Positions 47,117 through 57,903 of a stretch of 64,000 bases of DNA are shown here, in pieces. The position numbers and the translations under genes were made by a program. Origin of the DNA: Acidimicrobiia bacterium (GTDB taxonomy: Bacteria > Actinomycetota > Acidimicrobiia > Spongiisociales > JAENVV01); NCBI GenBank assembly GCA_041577335.1, contig JBFGJH010000002.1, positions 16,389-80,388 on the forward strand. The letters are read 5' to 3'. Each line of letters begins with the position of its first letter. Within the stretch, counting starts at the first letter, position 1. The notes beneath the pieces are model-generated. The model made no database searches. It was not told the origin of the DNA and saw only the letters and a list, made by a program, of their open reading frames with translations.

Positions 47117-47608
47117 ATGACGCACGCGGCCGAGGAGGAGAAGACTGTGGCAGACACCTACGTCGTTGAGCGCTCAATGACGATCAACGCATCGCCGGCG
47201 GATCTCTACGGAAGGATCTCGAACTTACGGAACTGGACCGAGTGGTCTCCCTGGGAAGACCTTGATCCGGATATGCAACAGGATTACGTCGGCGACGACG
47301 GCACTGTGGGATCTGGCTACAGATGGAAAGGCAACCGCAAGGCCGGCCAGGGTCGGATGCGGATCACGGACCTCGAGGCCCCGGATCGGGTCACCATCGA
47401 CCTGCAGTTCGAGAAGCCGTTCAAGTCGCAGAGCGTCACCGAGTTTGCACTCACCCCTGATGGGGATGGCACGAAGGTGACGTGGAATCTGACGGGGACG
47501 CACAACTGGATGTCCAAGGTCATGGGGATCTTCATGAGCATGGACAAGATGTTGGGTAAGGACTTCGAGAAGGGCCTGCAGAACCTGAAATCAGTGTCAG
47601 AGGGCTAG
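47117..47608 (+). CDS. SRPBCC (polyketide cyclase/AHSA1-like) domain protein
   Basis: YVVERSMTINASPADLYGRISNLRNWTEWSPW is a typical SRPBCC N-terminus. Confidence 0.7.
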   Translation: MTHAAEEEKTVADTYVVERSMTINASPADLYGRISNLRNWTEWSPWEDLDPDMQQDYVGDDGTVGSGYRWKGNRKAGQGRMRITDLEAPDRVTIDLQFEKPFKSQSVTEFALTPDGDGTKVTWNLTGTHNWMSKVMGIFMSMDKMLGKDFEKGLQNLKSVSEG

Positions 47609-47625
47609 AGCGCCTCCTTCGAGCG

Positions 47626-48189
47626 GTGCAGGTAACCGTGGGGGTACTGTCAACTATGGCCTCAGTCGTCCGCACCCACTTTGAGCTTGGTAGTCGAGCT
47701 GGTGTCACGACCTTGGAGCAGCAGTTTCGTTTCGATGGTGAAGGCGCTGATGCTGCCAGTATCGCTGGATTGCTTCTCACGGCTCCACTCACCGGAGCGG
47801 CTTCCGTCTTTGGCGACCGGCCAGGGGAAGAGGGCCCTCGCACAGAGTCTTCCCGGTCGCTGCGAGGCTTTTCCCCTGCCCCTGGGTTCCGCTTCGATGT
47901 CGACCTGACTCTCAGGGGAGCGGGGGCCTTCGTGGTGCGGTTCTCGCAGCCGGGCCGGGATGCTCCTTATTTGCAGGGTCATCTCCTTTGGACGATCTCG
48001 AATGATGGCGACGGAGCTCTATTCTACGAGCAGATCAACACCGAAAAAGCGCTCGAGGTTGCGAGTGAACCTCTCAGCGGTCCCCGGCCATCACTGCGCC
48101 GGTGGCTGTTCTTTCGGGCGGGCCACAAGCAAGTCATGGCTCGAGCGACGAATAATCTTGCAGTACTCCTCGGAAGCCAGGAACTCTAG
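47626..48189 (+). CDS. Hypothetical protein
   Basis: It is an ORF of plausible size and codon usage with no recognisable motif. Confidence 0.3.
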   Translation: MQVTVGVLSTMASVVRTHFELGSRAGVTTLEQQFRFDGEGADAASIAGLLLTAPLTGAASVFGDRPGEEGPRTESSRSLRGFSPAPGFRFDVDLTLRGAGAFVVRFSQPGRDAPYLQGHLLWTISNDGDGALFYEQINTEKALEVASEPLSGPRPSLRRWLFFRAGHKQVMARATNNLAVLLGSQEL

Positions 48190-49027
48190 GCTCGCGGCCG
48201 GAAAGCCCGCCCGGCTCGCCCTTCCGCATGGGGTCTTCGTTGATCGCCAACCGGCGTGGTCGCCAACACTCAGCCTTCACCGCGGGGCCTGGCCGTGGTC
48301 GAATCGCGCCATTGCCGGAAGGCACCCGTATGTGCCCAACCCGCCGGTCGCATCGTTTCGATGCTGTGGGCGGTCAGCGGGTCCAGGCGCACCTCGAAGA
48401 CAGACCTAGGAATTGGGTCGAAGTCCTCTGGTCGGTGGTCGGATGCGGGAACATGATCATCCCAGGTGATGCATATGTTGGATGTTTTGCTTGGTGCGCT
48501 ACTTCTTGCTCTCGGCGGTTTGGCCGCCCTCAATTCCCTGACAGTCGTGAGGCGGGCGGTGCGTGTGTGGCCGCGACCTCTCGAAAGGCGCGGCGGCGAG
48601 GCCATGGCCTCATACGAATTCCTGGTGCGGTTCATAGGCCTGATGGTTGCTCTCCTGGGCCTCGGGTTGATCTTGTTTGAGACCCTCTAGGCAGAACCTT
48701 CCCCGAGTGCCGGACGCCTGCTGGACATGGAGCAATTGCTGGCAGGTCCCGCCGTGAAACGCACTCAGCGACTCGGCGTTGCGAAGCTGCTCGTCACGGC
48801 TTTCCCCGAACTGTCCTGAAAGACGTAGTCCGATTCCTGCGGAGTCGCGCCTCGGCGAAGCCAGGTCACCATCCGCCTGAGCACCCAGAGCCATGCGGCA
48901 ATTGACAGCGAGCGGTGGGTTGGAGTACGGCCATGCCGGAAGACCCAGGCCGGCCGCTCATTGCGCGGCGGCGAGCCTGCGGGAATGGCCAGAACGGTAG
49001 TGTCGGCAACCAGAGGAGGAGGCGTTC

Positions 49028-49381
49028 GTGCGAATTCAGACTGGCCAACTCGTCAGCCTCGGCTACGGGAAATACGTTCGTTCCGACGATGTCGTCGCAG
49101 TGGAGCCGATAGTTGAGGGCCGCGGGCCGGGCAAGCGCACACGGCTGTGGGTGCGCGGCGTCCCGGACCCGATCGAAGCCTCCCGGGCCGAAGGCTCCAT
49201 CGTCGACGACCTGGTGACCCCCGCAGAAGAAGCGGCCCGCATGCGCCAGCAGCGGGCGATGCTGGCCAAGCTGGCGTCGGCCATCGAGGCGGTTTCCCCG
49301 GCGCTGCGGCGCGTCATCGTGGAGGAAAGCGATACTGATCTCACTGCGCTGGCGAGCGAAGCACGCCGGGTGCTCGGATAG
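49028..49381 (+). CDS. Hypothetical protein (remote resemblance to DUF370/RemA-like small regulators)
   Basis: The N-terminus LVSLGYGKYVRSDDVVAVEP resembles the RemA-family pattern (GFGN..V....V.AVV.P). The match is weak. Confidence 0.3.
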   Translation: MRIQTGQLVSLGYGKYVRSDDVVAVEPIVEGRGPGKRTRLWVRGVPDPIEASRAEGSIVDDLVTPAEEAARMRQQRAMLAKLASAIEAVSPALRRVIVEESDTDLTALASEARRVLG

Positions 49382-49431
49382 CCGGCCGGAGGCGCTCAAC
49401 CCGCCTCCGGCCGGTCCCGATTGTTTCAGTC

Positions 49432-50283
49432 TCAGCGAATCTTCTCAACGGTCTTGTAGCGGAACGTCCCGAACCCACCGTATGCCTCGTCGTCGGGCTC
49501 GTCGTCGAATCCCATCGCTCCGATGGCACCCGAGACGGTCCCTCCGTAGTAGTCGGTTCCTTCGCTCCAGTAGGAGTAGCGGTAGCCCTGACCCCAATAC
49601 GAGTAGGAGCTCTCGTACTTTTGCCATTCACCGCCTGTGATCGTGAGGTTGATGGGCGGTGTCCCCAGGACTTCGCTCGGCTCACCGTGGCCGCCTCCGG
49701 CCACCGTCAGAGTTCCGGATACCTGGACGACCTGGGCCCTGATATCAACCGTGAACGTGACTGTGTCTGTGCCGTCCAGGAAGCGGTCCTGGATGTAGTC
49801 GCAGGTGGGTATCTCCTCCTCGATCTCTTCGGCTATCGCGGCAGGAACCGCTTCGGAGAGCCGTTCTTGCACGGCCTCGATCACTTCGTTCGCATCGATG
49901 ACGCTTGCTCCGGAGTCGACGATTGCATCGACGGCATCTTGGGCTGACGCCTCGGCGGTCTTGGCGCCTTCCTCAGCGATGGTTTCGACAATGCCGTGGC
50001 CGCCCCACGGGCTCTCGCCCTCATCGCAGTCGAAGTCGGTGACGTTGCCGTAGAAATACGTCCCGTACTGGTCTGACCATCCGGAGAGATAGCCGATGTG
50101 CACGTTGCCGGGAAGCCCGAGCGCGTCGTCGGCGTCGTACTCGGTCCAGCTCGTATAGAAATGCTTGCCGGAACCGCTTGTTCGATACTCGTCTGCTCCA
50201 ACGGGCGCGGCCAGCAGAGCAGTGCTCAAGAGCCCCACAGCGGTCGCCGCTACGAACTTGCCTCTAGCGGGTGGTGTCCTCAA
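49432..50283 (-). CDS. Secreted hypothetical protein
   Basis: It has a signal peptide (KFVAATAVGLLSTALLAAPVGA) and an acidic, Tyr/Gly-rich mature part. Confidence 0.45.
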   Translation of the reverse strand: MRTPPARGKFVAATAVGLLSTALLAAPVGADEYRTSGSGKHFYTSWTEYDADDALGLPGNVHIGYLSGWSDQYGTYFYGNVTDFDCDEGESPWGGHGIVETIAEEGAKTAEASAQDAVDAIVDSGASVIDANEVIEAVQERLSEAVPAAIAEEIEEEIPTCDYIQDRFLDGTDTVTFTVDIRAQVVQVSGTLTVAGGGHGEPSEVLGTPPINLTITGGEWQKYESSYSYWGQGYRYSYWSEGTDYYGGTVSGAIGAMGFDDEPDDEAYGGFGTFRYKTVEKIR

Positions 50284-50427
50284 CTCGTTCTCCCTCGCTT
50301 GTGATTGCTTCGTCGGAATATACTCGCTTATTGGTCGACCGTTAAGTCTTTTCTTGTCGTTCGTCCAGCTAACATTCCGTGTATGACGCCGGCGCGATCA
50401 CTCCGGCGTCGGTACAAAGGTGATCCG

Positions 50428-50943
50428 ATGACCAGCCGACCAACCGAGAGGCGAGACGCGATCGTTGCGGTGGCGCGGCGGACGTTCACGACCCTCGGCT
50501 ACGACGGAACGACCATCGGCAACATCGCCAATGAGTTGGACATCTCCAAGGCGGCCATCGCCTATTACTTCCCCACCAAGGACACATTCCTGGATGAATT
50601 CGTACCGCCGTTTCTGGAAGCGCTCGAGACAGGCGTGGAGACAGCGACGGACGCTCGCGCCGCGCTATCCGGGTATCTGACTGCTCTGACGAAACACCAC
50701 GATGTTGCCGTGTGGATGGACACGGACCCTGTCCTGCAAGGCCATCCTGTTCATGGCGCTCGCCTCGCCGGGATCAACCAGCGAACGATCGCCGTCGTGA
50801 CGGCTGGGAGCCGCAAACAGAAGGACCATGTCAGGGCGCTGGGAGTCCTGGGCGGTTTGTGGCGGCCGGTGCGGGAGTTAGAGGTGAGCGACCTCGAGGC
50901 TCTCCATGAAGAGATCGTCGAGGCGGCACTCGCCAGCTATTGA
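50428..50943 (+). CDS. TetR/AcrR family transcriptional regulator
   Basis: The HTH region is VARRTFTTLGYDGTTIGNIANELDISKAAIAYYF. I chose the start at MTSRPTERR. Confidence 0.8.
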   Translation: MTSRPTERRDAIVAVARRTFTTLGYDGTTIGNIANELDISKAAIAYYFPTKDTFLDEFVPPFLEALETGVETATDARAALSGYLTALTKHHDVAVWMDTDPVLQGHPVHGARLAGINQRTIAVVTAGSRKQKDHVRALGVLGGLWRPVRELEVSDLEALHEEIVEAALASY

Positions 50944-50974
50944 TCGAGAGGCGGTCGATAGGCCGTGGGAGGCA

Positions 50975-51625
50975 CTATCGATTCACAGCGTCTCGTGGCT
51001 CTTCCGCCGACTCGGATGCTTCTGACCAGTTTTCCCAGGCTTCGCGAGCCGCCGCCCCCGCCACCAGGAGGGCCGCGGCCGGATCGGCCCACCACCACCC
51101 TATGACGGCATTCAGGAGCAGGCCAACCATGGTCGCAGTCGAGAGCATGCCGTCCAGGAATGTCATCGACGCCTCCGACGCCAGCGGCGACGAGCCGAGC
51201 CGGTTCGCGACGCGACGCTTCGCCGTCGCCAAGCCGAACATGACGAGCGCCGTGATTGCCAGGTAGACGATTCCCCAAAAGGACGCGTCGGGTTGTCGGC
51301 CGGTCACCAGGTCGCGAACACTTGCGACCATCAACGTCACCGTGAGGGCTCCGAAAGCGATGGCGACCAATCGATGTGCCCGTGCAGTCCGCTCGGAGGT
51401 GGACGCCTCGTATTCGGGTCGAAGATGCCATACGACGACCGCCGACGCGAAGACCTCGATGACGGAGACCGTTCCGAATCCGATCAATGCCAACGATGAG
51501 GCGATGGCACCCAGGGCGAGGGTGAGTACGGCTTCACCGACATTCCAGGCAACCGTTCCATACTCGAGCCGCAACGCCGTGCGCCGGAGCGTCGCAATGT
51601 CGTCTTCGGCAGGCATCAACACCAC
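50975..51625 (-). CDS. Cation-efflux (CDF-like) membrane protein, TM domain only
   Basis: It has six TM helices with a pattern of the type ALGAIASSLALIGFG...VVVWHL. Confidence 0.5.
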   Translation of the reverse strand: MVLMPAEDDIATLRRTALRLEYGTVAWNVGEAVLTLALGAIASSLALIGFGTVSVIEVFASAVVVWHLRPEYEASTSERTARAHRLVAIAFGALTVTLMVASVRDLVTGRQPDASFWGIVYLAITALVMFGLATAKRRVANRLGSSPLASEASMTFLDGMLSTATMVGLLLNAVIGWWWADPAAALLVAGAAAREAWENWSEASESAEEPRDAVNR

Positions 51626-51717
51626 AAGCCTCTCATGAGCTGCGAGACCGCCGGGGCCGTCGGGTCATCGGAGGGCGACCAGCGTGCAGGCCGGGGTCCG
51701 CGGATGGGCATCGCAGG

Positions 51718-52134
51718 TCAGGCTGCTCCACCTTTCCAGTCGAGGATCTGGCGCTGAACGTTGGCGGCGTCGAACCAGGCGTTCTCGTAGCTGATGAGGC
51801 CCTCGCGGAGCTCAAAGATATGGAGAATTCGTACCTCGACCGGTGCGCCTCCACCGTTCATTCCTGCCCATTCGCCGTGCACATGTCCGGTCAAGATGGA
51901 CTCGTCGACGACGTATTTGCCGTCGTTTCCGGAGAAACGCTTGACCGTCGTGAGCACGATGTCCGGGATGGCGTCGATGATCGACGAGTACACGTTTGCC
52001 ACCGATTCTTTTCCATAGAACGGCGCGTCGGGATGGGTGACGTCGTCCCAGACGATGTCGTCCGTGTAGGTGTCAAGTGTCGCCTGAACGTCGTGAGCGT
52101 TCTCGGCTGCAAAGTGTCGGTCGATGATGTCCAT
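51718..52134 (-). CDS. SnoaL-like / NTF2-fold protein
   Basis: IIDRHFAAENAHDVQATLDTYTDDIVWDD is a typical SnoaL_2 N-terminus. Confidence 0.7.
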   Translation of the reverse strand: MDIIDRHFAAENAHDVQATLDTYTDDIVWDDVTHPDAPFYGKESVANVYSSIIDAIPDIVLTTVKRFSGNDGKYVVDESILTGHVHGEWAGMNGGGAPVEVRILHIFELREGLISYENAWFDAANVQRQILDWKGGAA

Positions 52135-52362
52135 CGAGAGCCTCCTGACCAGTTATCGCAGGGCACGCGCGGTTTCGCCAAGTGAAAGGCTAATGGCTCT
52201 GACCACTGCCAAGGCCGAGCCGGCAAGCCGCCCAACGGAGTCTGGCCCGGAGGTAATGTGAGCGGATCCAGCGTTCGCGGATCTGACCATCGCCTAGTCC
52301 CACGGCCCTGCGGCTGAGTCCACGATGAGGTCGCGAAAGCATTCCACCAGAGGAAGTGAAGC

Positions 52363-52839
52363 GTGCCCCGGATCATCCCCAACCTGTGGTTCGACACCGA
52401 GAGTGAGGAGGCTGCCGCCTTCTATGTCTCGGTGTTTCCCAACTCGAAGATCACCAACACGACCTACTACACAGAGTCCGGACGCAGGGACGCAGGCATG
52501 GTCATGACCGTCGACTTCGTGCTCGACAGTCAGCCCTATACGGCCATCAACGGTGGTCCCCAGTTCTCATTCTCCGAGGCAATCTCGCTACTGGTCACCT
52601 GTGCCGATCAGGGCGAAGTGGACTATTACTGGGAGAGGCTCACCGATGGTGGCGAAGAGGTGCAGTGTGGCTGGCTCAAGGATCGGTTCGGCCTCTCGTG
52701 GCAGATCGTCCCTGAGGGCTTGGCCGAACTGCTGTCTGATCCTGACGGCGGGCGGGCAAGACGTGCCATGGAAGCCATGTTGGCGATGAAGAAGCTCGAT
52801 CTGACTGCACTTCTGGGCGCCGCCGACCGGGCTGACTGA
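52363..52839 (+). CDS. VOC (glyoxalase/PhnB-like) family protein
   Basis: The N-terminus IIPNLWFDTESEEAAAFYVSVFPNS is the PhnB-like/3-demethylubiquinone-9 methyltransferase-domain pattern. Confidence 0.7.
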   Translation: MPRIIPNLWFDTESEEAAAFYVSVFPNSKITNTTYYTESGRRDAGMVMTVDFVLDSQPYTAINGGPQFSFSEAISLLVTCADQGEVDYYWERLTDGGEEVQCGWLKDRFGLSWQIVPEGLAELLSDPDGGRARRAMEAMLAMKKLDLTALLGAADRAD

Positions 52840-53020
52840 AGCTGGGGTCGCCCCGTCGAGACCCATCGCGCCGCGACTCCGTTGCAGAATCCGAGGTTTC
52901 CCTATTCCTCGCCGACAGAGTTCGGGATCATCACGTAGAGTGACGCTGCTGACACGCTATTTGGGAGGAGTGCCGCGTGCATCGAAAGAAAAGGCCGCTG
53001 TGGCGAGTTGGAGGGTGCGA

Positions 53021-54727
53021 ATGATGATACGAACGCGGAAAGGGTCGCTGCGGCGCCTTCTTGTCTTGGCGGCGGTCACCTCCGTCGTTGCGCTTGCCTT
53101 GGGAGCGCCGGCCGGCGCCGGCAAAGGTGACAACAATGGCAAGGGAGAGGAGAACTCGAAAGAGGTCAACCTCCAGATCCTGGCCATCAACGACTTCCAC
53201 GGGAACATCGCGACATCGTCTGGCAGCTTTGGTGGAACGGGCCGGGCCGACTACCTGGCGGCCAACATCGCCGCACGAGAGGCTGAAGCTGACAACTCGA
53301 TCTTCGTCTCTGCCGGCGACCTGATTGGCGCATCGCCGCTGATCTCGGCGCTGTTCCATGACGAGCCGACGATCGAAGCCATGAACCTGCTCGGCTTGGA
53401 TATCAACGGTGTTGGTAACCACGAATTCGACGAGGGCCCCGAAGAGCTGCTTCGCATGGCCAATGGCGGGAGCCATCCAGTCGACGGCGATCTCGACGGT
53501 GACGGCTTCGCCGGCGCCGACTTCGAGTTCCTCGCTGCCAACGTCGTGGTCGACGCGACGGGCGAGACGCTCTTCCCGGCATACACCGTCAAGAACTACC
53601 AGGGCGTGAAGGTTGCCTTCATCGGCATGACCCTCGAAGGCACACCGTCGATCGTGACACCCAGCGGCGTCGCCGGTCTGACGTTCAAAGACGAAGCCGA
53701 AACCGTGAACGCGCTCATCCCGCAGCTCCAGAAGAACAACATCGAGTCGTTCGTCATCCTGCTGCACGAGGGCGGCCAATCAGACGGCGGCCAAAACGAC
53801 TGCGGCACAGAGCTCACCGGCCCGATCGCCGAGATCGTCCCGCTGCTCGACGACGCGGTCGACCTGGTCATCGCCGGGCACACCAACGACGAGTTCGTCT
53901 GTGAGATCGACGGCAAATGGGTGACGATGGCCGACAACCGTGGCCGGCTGTTCACCGACATTGACGTGACGTTGAACCGTGTGACGAAGGACATGACCGT
54001 GCAGTCGATCGAAAACGTCGCCAATCTGCAGGCCGGGGTCACGCCCGATCCGGAGGTCACTGCGTTGATCGACAAGTACGACGCAGCGTCAGCGCCGCTC
54101 GCCAACGCAGTGATCGGGTCGATCACGGCCGACATCCTGCGGGCGAACAACGCCGCCGGCGAGTCGGCCCTCGGTGACGTCATCGCCGATGTCCAGCTCG
54201 ACGCTACCGACGATCCAGGGTTCGGCGACGCCGTCGTGGCATTCATGAACCCCGGCGGGATCCGCGACGACATGCTCTTCGCCGAGATCTCGGGCGGCGA
54301 GGCGGCTGGCGAGGTCACCTTCGGAGAGGCGTTCAGCGTCCAGCCGTTCGGCAACAGCCTGGTGACCATGACACTGACCGGTGCGCAAATCTACGATCTG
54401 TTGGAAGAACAGTGGTTAGACCAGCCGTTCCCCCGCATCCTGCAACCCTCTGCCGGATTCACCTACACGTGGGACGCGAATGAGCCCGACGGCGCCAAAG
54501 TTGTCGCCGGCTCGGTCGAGATCGGTGGCGTGCCCATCGACGCCGGAACTGGCTACCGGGTCACAGTGAATAGCTTCCTGGCCGATGGAGGCGACAACTT
54601 CGCCACCCTCGTCGACGGTACGAACCGACTCGGCGGCGAAGTCGACATCGACGCCCTTGTGACGTACTTCGGTGCGAACTCGCCGGTGGCGCCCGGAGCG
54701 CAAGACCGGATCACGGTTCTGCCGTAG
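53021..54727 (+). CDS. Secreted bifunctional metallophosphatase/5'-nucleotidase
   Basis: It has a signal peptide, the calcineurin-like motifs LAINDFHGN, GDLIGASP and GNHEFD, and a C-terminal 5'-nucleotidase domain. Confidence 0.85.
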   Translation: MMIRTRKGSLRRLLVLAAVTSVVALALGAPAGAGKGDNNGKGEENSKEVNLQILAINDFHGNIATSSGSFGGTGRADYLAANIAAREAEADNSIFVSAGDLIGASPLISALFHDEPTIEAMNLLGLDINGVGNHEFDEGPEELLRMANGGSHPVDGDLDGDGFAGADFEFLAANVVVDATGETLFPAYTVKNYQGVKVAFIGMTLEGTPSIVTPSGVAGLTFKDEAETVNALIPQLQKNNIESFVILLHEGGQSDGGQNDCGTELTGPIAEIVPLLDDAVDLVIAGHTNDEFVCEIDGKWVTMADNRGRLFTDIDVTLNRVTKDMTVQSIENVANLQAGVTPDPEVTALIDKYDAASAPLANAVIGSITADILRANNAAGESALGDVIADVQLDATDDPGFGDAVVAFMNPGGIRDDMLFAEISGGEAAGEVTFGEAFSVQPFGNSLVTMTLTGAQIYDLLEEQWLDQPFPRILQPSAGFTYTWDANEPDGAKVVAGSVEIGGVPIDAGTGYRVTVNSFLADGGDNFATLVDGTNRLGGEVDIDALVTYFGANSPVAPGAQDRITVLP

Positions 54728-54855
54728 GACGAGCAACGAACCGACAGTGCCCGGCCCCCAGGGGCCGGGCACTTCTGTTCAACCCCTCGCCAGCGATGCC
54801 GGGGCCCTTGTGGGCACCGGCATCGTTTGGCGCTCCGGGGGCTGCCGTGCCTAAC

Positions 54856-55530
54856 TCAGATGCTCGGCACGGGCGAGTCCTCGAGAGCCTGCTCGAGGAC
54901 CGGGCGGAACTCTGAGAGGGTGGCCGAGTCCCACGAGCTTTGATCGTCCCGGCCGGGACAGCCGCCTTCGTCATAGGCGATGGCCGTGATGGAAATGATC
55001 TGATCGCCCACGATGGTCGCGTATTGCAGATTGAGCTCGGACGGAGATCCATCGGGCAGCGTGCCGACAAACCCGTAGAACGTCCCCGGGCCTTCGCCCA
55101 GTGCGAACTCATCGGGCCCCAACCGCTCAAAACCGTAGTCGGCACCGCACGTTGCCAAGCGATCCGAGCTGAGCGCCTCGTGAAATCCACCGGCCAGCTC
55201 CGACAAGTTGTTCGCAGGGTCGCCGGTGGGGTCGAGAGCGTCAAACGATGACACGGGATAGGCAATGATCTCCAGCGCGCCCACCGGGGAACCGTCCCGT
55301 TCGACACACATGAACGGCGCCTCACCCTCACACTTGCGAATCGACCATCCATCTGGGAGAAGCGTGGCCTTGGTTGGATCATCCCAACTGATCGCGACCG
55401 GCGCGGAAGTCGATTTGGGTGACACGTCTGGTTCGTTGGCAGCAGCGTCGTTGCCGAGGCACGATGCCAGGAGCACGGCCAGCGCTCCGATGGCGATGAC
55501 GATCTTCTTGCTGTACACAGGCTCCTCCAT
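54856..55530 (-). CDS. Lipoprotein, function unknown
   Basis: It has a signal peptide with the lipobox LLASCLG. Confidence 0.5.
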   Translation of the reverse strand: MEEPVYSKKIVIAIGALAVLLASCLGNDAAANEPDVSPKSTSAPVAISWDDPTKATLLPDGWSIRKCEGEAPFMCVERDGSPVGALEIIAYPVSSFDALDPTGDPANNLSELAGGFHEALSSDRLATCGADYGFERLGPDEFALGEGPGTFYGFVGTLPDGSPSELNLQYATIVGDQIISITAIAYDEGGCPGRDDQSSWDSATLSEFRPVLEQALEDSPVPSI

Positions 55531-55829
55531 TGGGTGCGTCGGGTCCTTCGTCACCCCCGGGTGAGGGATCTTGAACCCGTCTCTGACGTCGGGGCGACCT
55601 GGGTGGTTCCCGGCCTGCGATGTAATGAGGGACGATGGCGCCGGGCTCGGAGGCGGCTCGCCTTTCCGTTGTTCGCACTGTCCGGGTCCTGCAGTGCTGG
55701 CCGGATTGGGTGTGCCGACAGAGAAGGTCCTCCGTAGATGAGGAAAGCGCCCGCATGAGGCCCTTTGGTTGCGGCTCGCTCAACCATTGCTCCTGGCTAG
55801 CCTCGACTCGGCAGTATTGTGTCCGTCTC

Positions 55830-57302
55830 ATGGCTCGCATACTCGTCACCGGCGCGACCGGCTACATCGGAGGCCGGCTGGTTCCCAGACTGTTGGAAGC
55901 CGGGCACGAAGTTCGCTGCATGACCCGGGTCCCGTCTCGGCTCGACCTCGACCCATGGCGAAACCAGGTTGAAGTCGTTACGGGCAACGTGCTCGACCTC
56001 GAATCTCTCAAGGCGGCGTTGCAGGGGTGCGACTTCGCCTTCTACTTCGTGCATTCGCTCGGCGACGCCGCCGACTTCGAGGCGGCCGATCGAGCCGGGG
56101 CCGAGAACTTCCGAATCGCAGCTGATGCGAACGCTCTTCAGCGCATCATCTACTTGGGCGGCCTTGGCGAAGACGAGTCGGAGCTGTCGGCTCACCTCGA
56201 ATCTCGCCACGAGGTCGGCAAGGTGCTCGCCTCTGGATCCACGCCGGTGACTGAGATCCGTGCTGCGGTGATCATCGGCTCAGGTTCGGTTTCGTTCGAG
56301 ATGCTCCGCTACCTGACCGAGGTATTGCCGGCGATGACGACGCCGAAATGGGTCCGATCGATGTGCCAGCCGATCGCCATTCGTGATGTTCTCACGATTC
56401 TCGTAGCCGTGCTCGAGCGCCATCATCCAGGAAGCGAAGTCATCGAGGTCGGCGGACCCGATGTCCTCTCCTACCAGGACATGATGCAGACCTACGCCGA
56501 AGTCGCCGGCCTGCGCAAACGACTGATCGTTCCTGTCCCGGTGCTCAGCCCCGGGTTGTCATCGCTGTGGATAGGTCTCGTCACGCCGCTTCCGTCCGGA
56601 GTGGCGCGACCGCTCGTCGACAGTCTCAAACATGACGTCGTCGTGCGTGACGGCCAAGCCCAGTCCGAGCTCCTGGATCATCCGCTGTCCTTCAGGGAAG
56701 CTGTGAGATTGGCCTTGGCTCGTTACGAGAACGGAGAAGTGGTCACTCGGTGGTCCGACGCCGAGGCCAGCCCCGCGCTGCCCATCCCGTCGGATCCCGA
56801 TTGGGCCGGAGGCAGCGTCCTTATCGATGAGCAAGGCGTCGTGACCTCGGCGCCGCCCGAAGACGTTTTCTGGGCGGTGAGCCGGATCGGCGGAACAGTC
56901 GGGTACTACGTCTTTGACTGGGCGTGGGCCGTGCGCGGGTGGTTCGACACTCTCATCGGTGGCATTGGATTGAGACGTGGCCGCCGCCACCCCGAGGTTC
57001 TCCATGAGGGGGAATCGCTCGATTTCTGGCGAGTGAGCGTCGTGGATCCGCCGCATCGGCTCCTCCTGCGGGCAGAGATGAAAGTGCCAGGAGAAGCGTT
57101 TCTCGAATGGGTCATCACGCCTGACGGCGATGAAACGGCGATCAAGCAGACGGCCTACTTCGCACCCCGTGGCTTGTTTGGGAGGCTGTACTGGTTTGCG
57201 CTTGTCCCAATTCACGCAGCGATATTTGGCCCAATGGCCCGCAGGATCGCCGACTCGGCGGTCACCCACGGCCGTGATCGCCAGATCGGCGACTCCACCT
57301 AG
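55830..57302 (+). CDS. NAD(P)-binding SDR/NmrA-like protein fused to DUF2867
   Basis: The start is MARILVTGATGYIGGRLV, at the ATG 55830. The C-terminal domain of about 170 aa is DUF2867-type. Confidence 0.7.
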   Translation: MARILVTGATGYIGGRLVPRLLEAGHEVRCMTRVPSRLDLDPWRNQVEVVTGNVLDLESLKAALQGCDFAFYFVHSLGDAADFEAADRAGAENFRIAADANALQRIIYLGGLGEDESELSAHLESRHEVGKVLASGSTPVTEIRAAVIIGSGSVSFEMLRYLTEVLPAMTTPKWVRSMCQPIAIRDVLTILVAVLERHHPGSEVIEVGGPDVLSYQDMMQTYAEVAGLRKRLIVPVPVLSPGLSSLWIGLVTPLPSGVARPLVDSLKHDVVVRDGQAQSELLDHPLSFREAVRLALARYENGEVVTRWSDAEASPALPIPSDPDWAGGSVLIDEQGVVTSAPPEDVFWAVSRIGGTVGYYVFDWAWAVRGWFDTLIGGIGLRRGRRHPEVLHEGESLDFWRVSVVDPPHRLLLRAEMKVPGEAFLEWVITPDGDETAIKQTAYFAPRGLFGRLYWFALVPIHAAIFGPMARRIADSAVTHGRDRQIGDST

Positions 57303-57562
57303 ATCCCAGACTGTGGGTCTTCGATGAGTTGATGATCCGAGTCGCTAATCGAATAGACGGCAAGTGAGCCCAAGCGGCCGGCGAACCGCCACGTCGGTAG
57401 CGCCAAGAAGGGCGGTCTCAACCGCGAACGTCCACGTCGCCTATCTCGACGAGAACGCTGTCTTTGCGCATCTCCGGTGTGAGGACATAGCTCGCCCGGC
57501 TTCGTGCATCTTCGCCGGTGAGATGGGACCGCACCCTGGCACTCACGCCTTCTACCACCGGG

Positions 57563-57883
57563 TCAGGTCTCACGGTCGGCACGCGACAGTGCTGGCGAAT
57601 CGTTGCCCTCGACGAGGACCCGCAGGAGGGTACCGATGGCGAGATGATCTTCGAGCGGATGGCGCAGGGGAAGATCGGTGTGCACGTCGTACAGATTCCG
57701 GCGCCCAACCTTCACGTGAGACAGATAACCGGCCTCCTCCAACTCGGCGACAATCCGCTGGGTGGCTCGTTCGGTGATGCCGACCAGATCGGCAACATCG
57801 CGTAGCCGCACGCCAGGATCGGCTGCAATACAGAGGAGCACGTGGGCGTGATTCGTGAGGAAGGTCCATCGGTTTTCAGCCAT
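57563..57883 (-). CDS. HTH transcriptional regulator (ArsR/MarR-like)
   Basis: The HTH segment is LRDVADLVGITERATQRIVAELEEAGYL. Confidence 0.65.
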   Translation of the reverse strand: MAENRWTFLTNHAHVLLCIAADPGVRLRDVADLVGITERATQRIVAELEEAGYLSHVKVGRRNLYDVHTDLPLRHPLEDHLAIGTLLRVLVEGNDSPALSRADRET

Positions 57884-57903
57884 GACTGCATCATCTTACG
57901 TCG

